From Gammaproteobacteria bacterium (lineage in GTDB: Bacteria; Pseudomonadota; Gammaproteobacteria; Ga0077536): DNA of 42,044 nucleotides. Made by a program: the position numbers and the translations under genes. Shown here one piece after another: positions 40,143 to 42,044 of this stretch (positions within the stretch are counted from its first letter, which is position 1; the number at the start of each line of letters is the position of its first letter). The DNA lies in the NCBI GenBank assembly GCA_040904625.1, contig JBBDTC010000105.1:1-42044 (forward strand), given 5' to 3'. Below the pieces are notes generated by a model. It was given only the letters and a program-made list of their open reading frames with translations, made no database searches and had not been told where the DNA came from.

Positions 40143-40565
40143 ATGGCTGCTGATGAACCGCAAAAATACGAGATTGCAAAGCGGCTTAGGATGCTCATGG
40201 GGCGTCGAGAGCCGCCGCAGTTTGCCGCCTTGACGGGGATCCGGAAGGGCACATTGCGCAATTACATTCGTGGCGAGCGTGTTCCCGACGATGCGGCGCT
40301 GATCCTTTTGAAGGCAGCCACTGGCGTGAGTATCGACTGGCTGCTCACCGGCGAAGGCGAGATGTACGCGCCCGCAGCGCCGCTCGACACAGAGGCGCTC
40401 ACGGAGATCGTCGAGAAGGTCCTGAAGAGACGCCCAGACCTGCCGCCCAGGGAGGCGGCCGATAGGATCGTTGAAATCTACGCCGCCCTCATGGAGGATA
40501 GGCGTAAGCGGCAGGCAAGCGAAGCCGCGGCGGCGATCGAGACTCCAGACAAGGAGGTGTCATGA
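40143..40565 (+). CDS. Lysogeny repressor (CI/c-type HTH)
   Basis: YEIAKRLRMLMG...FAALTGIRKGTLRNYIRGERVPDDAALILLKAATGVSIDWLLTGEG is a CI-repressor-type HTH. It is divergent from ner. Confidence 0.75.
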   Translation: MAADEPQKYEIAKRLRMLMGRREPPQFAALTGIRKGTLRNYIRGERVPDDAALILLKAATGVSIDWLLTGEGEMYAPAAPLDTEALTEIVEKVLKRRPDLPPREAADRIVEIYAALMEDRRKRQASEAAAAIETPDKEVS

Positions 40566-40825
40566 CGGGCCCAGACGATATTGACCGAGCCGTGGACAAG
40601 ACGCTCGGTGCGAACAACAACCGTCCGCAACCGCGCACGGTCAAGGTCGAGCACTCCGGCGAGGTGACCGTCAACCTGGTGGTCCATGATTCCAGCCCCC
40701 GCCCGCCGGGCTCATCCACGCCGGCGGCGCGCACCCGCCGGCCGCGCTCGTCCACCGCCGGGCGCCTGGTGCTCAATCCCGCCCCCTGGGTCCGCGCCAT
40801 GGTCGACAGGGAAGGTGAATCATAG
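40562..40825 (+). CDS. Hypothetical 87-aa protein in the repressor operon
   Basis: ATGA overlap with the repressor stop. It is partly low-complexity. Confidence 0.4.
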   Translation: MTGPDDIDRAVDKTLGANNNRPQPRTVKVEHSGEVTVNLVVHDSSPRPPGSSTPAARTRRPRSSTAGRLVLNPAPWVRAMVDREGES

Positions 40826-40850
40826 CCGCCTGCAGAGAGGAGCCCGTTGA

Positions 40851-41171
40851 ATGCTGATCATCATATTCGTCATCTTCGCCGTCACCGTGGCCGCGCTGGT
40901 CGCCACGGCGGCCAAGGGCCGCGGCCGCAATCCCTTCGTGTGGTTCGCCGCCAGTCTGCTGCCCGGCCCATTCCTCGCTGTGGCGCTCGGCGCGGCGTGG
41001 ATCGGGCTGATGTTCCTCGGCGTCATGGAGCGACTGACGTCGACGCCGGAGATCGTGTCGGTGCTGCACCAGCTGCTCGGGTTGGGCGCGGTTCTGTTCG
41101 TCGTCACCCCGGTGGCCGCGGCGGCCTTTCTGTTCGCCATGCCGAAGGTGGACGTAGCGCCGCCCGCATAG
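40851..41171 (+). CDS. Small polytopic membrane protein (106 aa) in the repressor operon
   Basis: GAGAGGAG Shine-Dalgarno sequence and three hydrophobic helices (MLIIIFVIFAVTVAALVATAA, LLPGPFLAVALGAAWIGLMFLGV, LLGLGAVLFVVTPVAAAAFLFA). Confidence 0.6.
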   Translation: MLIIIFVIFAVTVAALVATAAKGRGRNPFVWFAASLLPGPFLAVALGAAWIGLMFLGVMERLTSTPEIVSVLHQLLGLGAVLFVVTPVAAAAFLFAMPKVDVAPPA

Positions 41172-41559
41172 GCGATGTTCCTCCTGCGTTCCCCGCAAAT
41201 GCGTCCCACTTCCCGTCGCTGTCCGGCACGCCCCGCTCGGCTCTATCCTATTGATTGCGCCGCGGTTTGCGCGTTCGCCCAGTTCAGTCGGAAGTGGGAC
41301 GCGAATCGTTTGATTTCTCCCGCCTCGAACGCCGTTCCAAACGGCCGTTAAGACGCATCACAGGACGTTTTCCGTTGGATTGAAGGGGACTTAGCTCGCC
41401 CCCGGCCATTTTCAGCGCCAGGCCACGATATCTGTCGCACCCGCCGCTCAGCTGTCGCACGGCGACTCGCCGCTGACCAACCCCGCCGGTGGCCGACAGC
41501 GTAGCCAAGCCATTGCCGCGCCACGCCTTTTGCGCCGCCACCTTCCCACCTCCTTCCCC

Positions 41560-41612
41560 GGTGTTCCCACGCAATCCCACATTTCCGGGGCCACTCTCAC
41601 CGCCGCGTTACA
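41560..41612 (-). promoter_or_regulatory. c-end (attL-type) terminal inverted repeat with putative transposase-binding sites
   Basis: The reverse complement reads TGTAACGCGGCGGTGAGAGTGGCCCCGGAAATGTGGGATTGCGTGGGAAC. GTGG(G/C) motifs recur roughly every helical turn. Confidence 0.5.
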
Positions 41613-41617
41613 CCGGC
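41613..41617. repeat. Target-site duplication CCGGC, right copy
   Basis: Identical to 485-489 and directly abutting the CA terminus. Confidence 0.55.
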
Positions 41618-41898
41618 GCTCGCTGCGGCGGCCATCATGGTAAACCGCCTGCAAGTGGAAAACCCCGGGGCCCGCCGCTGGCTGTTAACGGATCGGCGGA
41701 AACAGGAACACAACGGGCCCGAATCACTCCCGCCGTCACGTTCCCGTTGCGTGCTCAGCCTATCTAAAGGGTCGCCGGCATCGAACCGCAACATCTGGTA
41801 AGAGCCTTTCCAGCCCGGGCGCATCCTGCCAACCTCGGGGGCCGTCGCCGTTAAGCTTTCGTCCCGCTCCGGGACAGGGCGATTCTCGGGCGCTAAGC

Positions 41899-41927
41899 TT
41901 GACGCCTCCAAGCCCCTCGCCTATAGA
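41899..41927 (+). promoter_or_regulatory. Host sigma-70-type promoter of rpmB
   Basis: TTGACG, a 17-bp spacer, then TATAGA, about 90 bp upstream of the rpmB ATG. Confidence 0.55.
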
Positions 41928-42017
41928 AACGGCCCGATCCGCCGGTGCCTCGCGTGCCGGCTCGTTTGGTTGCGTCGGCGCTGTGTTCGGCCGGCAGGAG
42001 TTTTTCGGAGCAGATCC

Positions 42018-42044
42018 ATGGCGCGTCGTTGCGAACTCACTGGC
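42018..42044 (+). CDS. rpmB: 50S ribosomal protein L28, first 9 codons
   Basis: MARRCELTG is the conserved L28 N-terminus, with a GGAG Shine-Dalgarno sequence upstream. The gene runs off the window. Confidence 0.6.

Larger units (their letters stand above)
490..41612 (-). mobile_element. Mu-like transposable prophage (siphovirus-type tail), about 41.1 kb
   Basis: Gene content is repressor/ner switch, DDE transposase A, AAA+ B, Gam, GemA, Mor/C, gp27/gp28/gp29/F/I/T homologues and a Dam gene at the late end. It has TG...CA termini with 18 of the first 25 nt identical between the ends, and a 5-bp duplication. Confidence 0.8.

Noticed and set aside
41284-41580. 98-aa minus-strand ORF in the c-end non-coding region
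   Set aside because: It is Gly/Arg-rich and lacks a Shine-Dalgarno sequence. It overlaps the repeat-dense region, which is better explained as protein-binding DNA.

Overview
High-GC alphaproteobacterial (Rhizobiales-like) DNA, almost entirely a Mu-like transposable prophage of about 41.1 kb (490-41612). It is inserted in the intergenic region between a Suv3-like helicase gene (left edge, minus strand) and rpmB (right edge, plus strand). I place the ends by a terminal inverted repeat (TGTA.CGCG...GTGGCCC, 5'-TG/CA-3' termini) flanked by a 5-bp direct duplication, CCGGC. The canonical Mu map runs right to left on the minus strand. It begins with a c-type repressor operon (plus strand) divergent from ner, followed by a ParB-like gene, a truncated gp27 paralogue, DDE transposase A and AAA+ transposase B. 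The semi-essential early region follows (Gam, an HNH-like gene, ASCH, GemA, a frameshifted methyltransferase). Then come the Mor/C activator, the lysis cassette (anchored endolysin, overlapping spanins, holin-like genes), gp27-like TerS, TerL, the DUF935 portal and Mu F. After an accessory island come protease/scaffold I/Z, a decoration-like protein, major head T and a tRNA. The map ends with connector genes (gp36, G, gp37 homologues), a siphovirus-type tail module (tube, G/GT chaperones with a GGGAAAC slip site, tape measure, hub and host-specificity proteins) and a Dam methylase. Almost every minus-strand gene junction is an ATGA or TGATG stop/start overlap. The best candidate for something undescribed is a more AT-rich island of about 3.8 kb wedged between F and I (16640-20462). 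It encodes a two-TM coiled-coil membrane protein, a beta-class DNA methyltransferase whose Mrr-type nuclease domain sits in a different frame, and a 73-aa protein, and it has its own terminator and promoters. Other notable items:
- an initiator-like tRNA-Met(CAT) with altered identity elements;
- a GC-rich hairpin element present in frame in four unrelated genes;
- a 20-bp perfect palindrome plus a conserved block in front of the lysis and head operons;
- a repeat of about 110 bp found in two intergenic gaps;
- a G11 tract inside gam;
- a second frame-disrupted methyltransferase.
All family assignments come from reading the translations and from motif memory; no database search was run.
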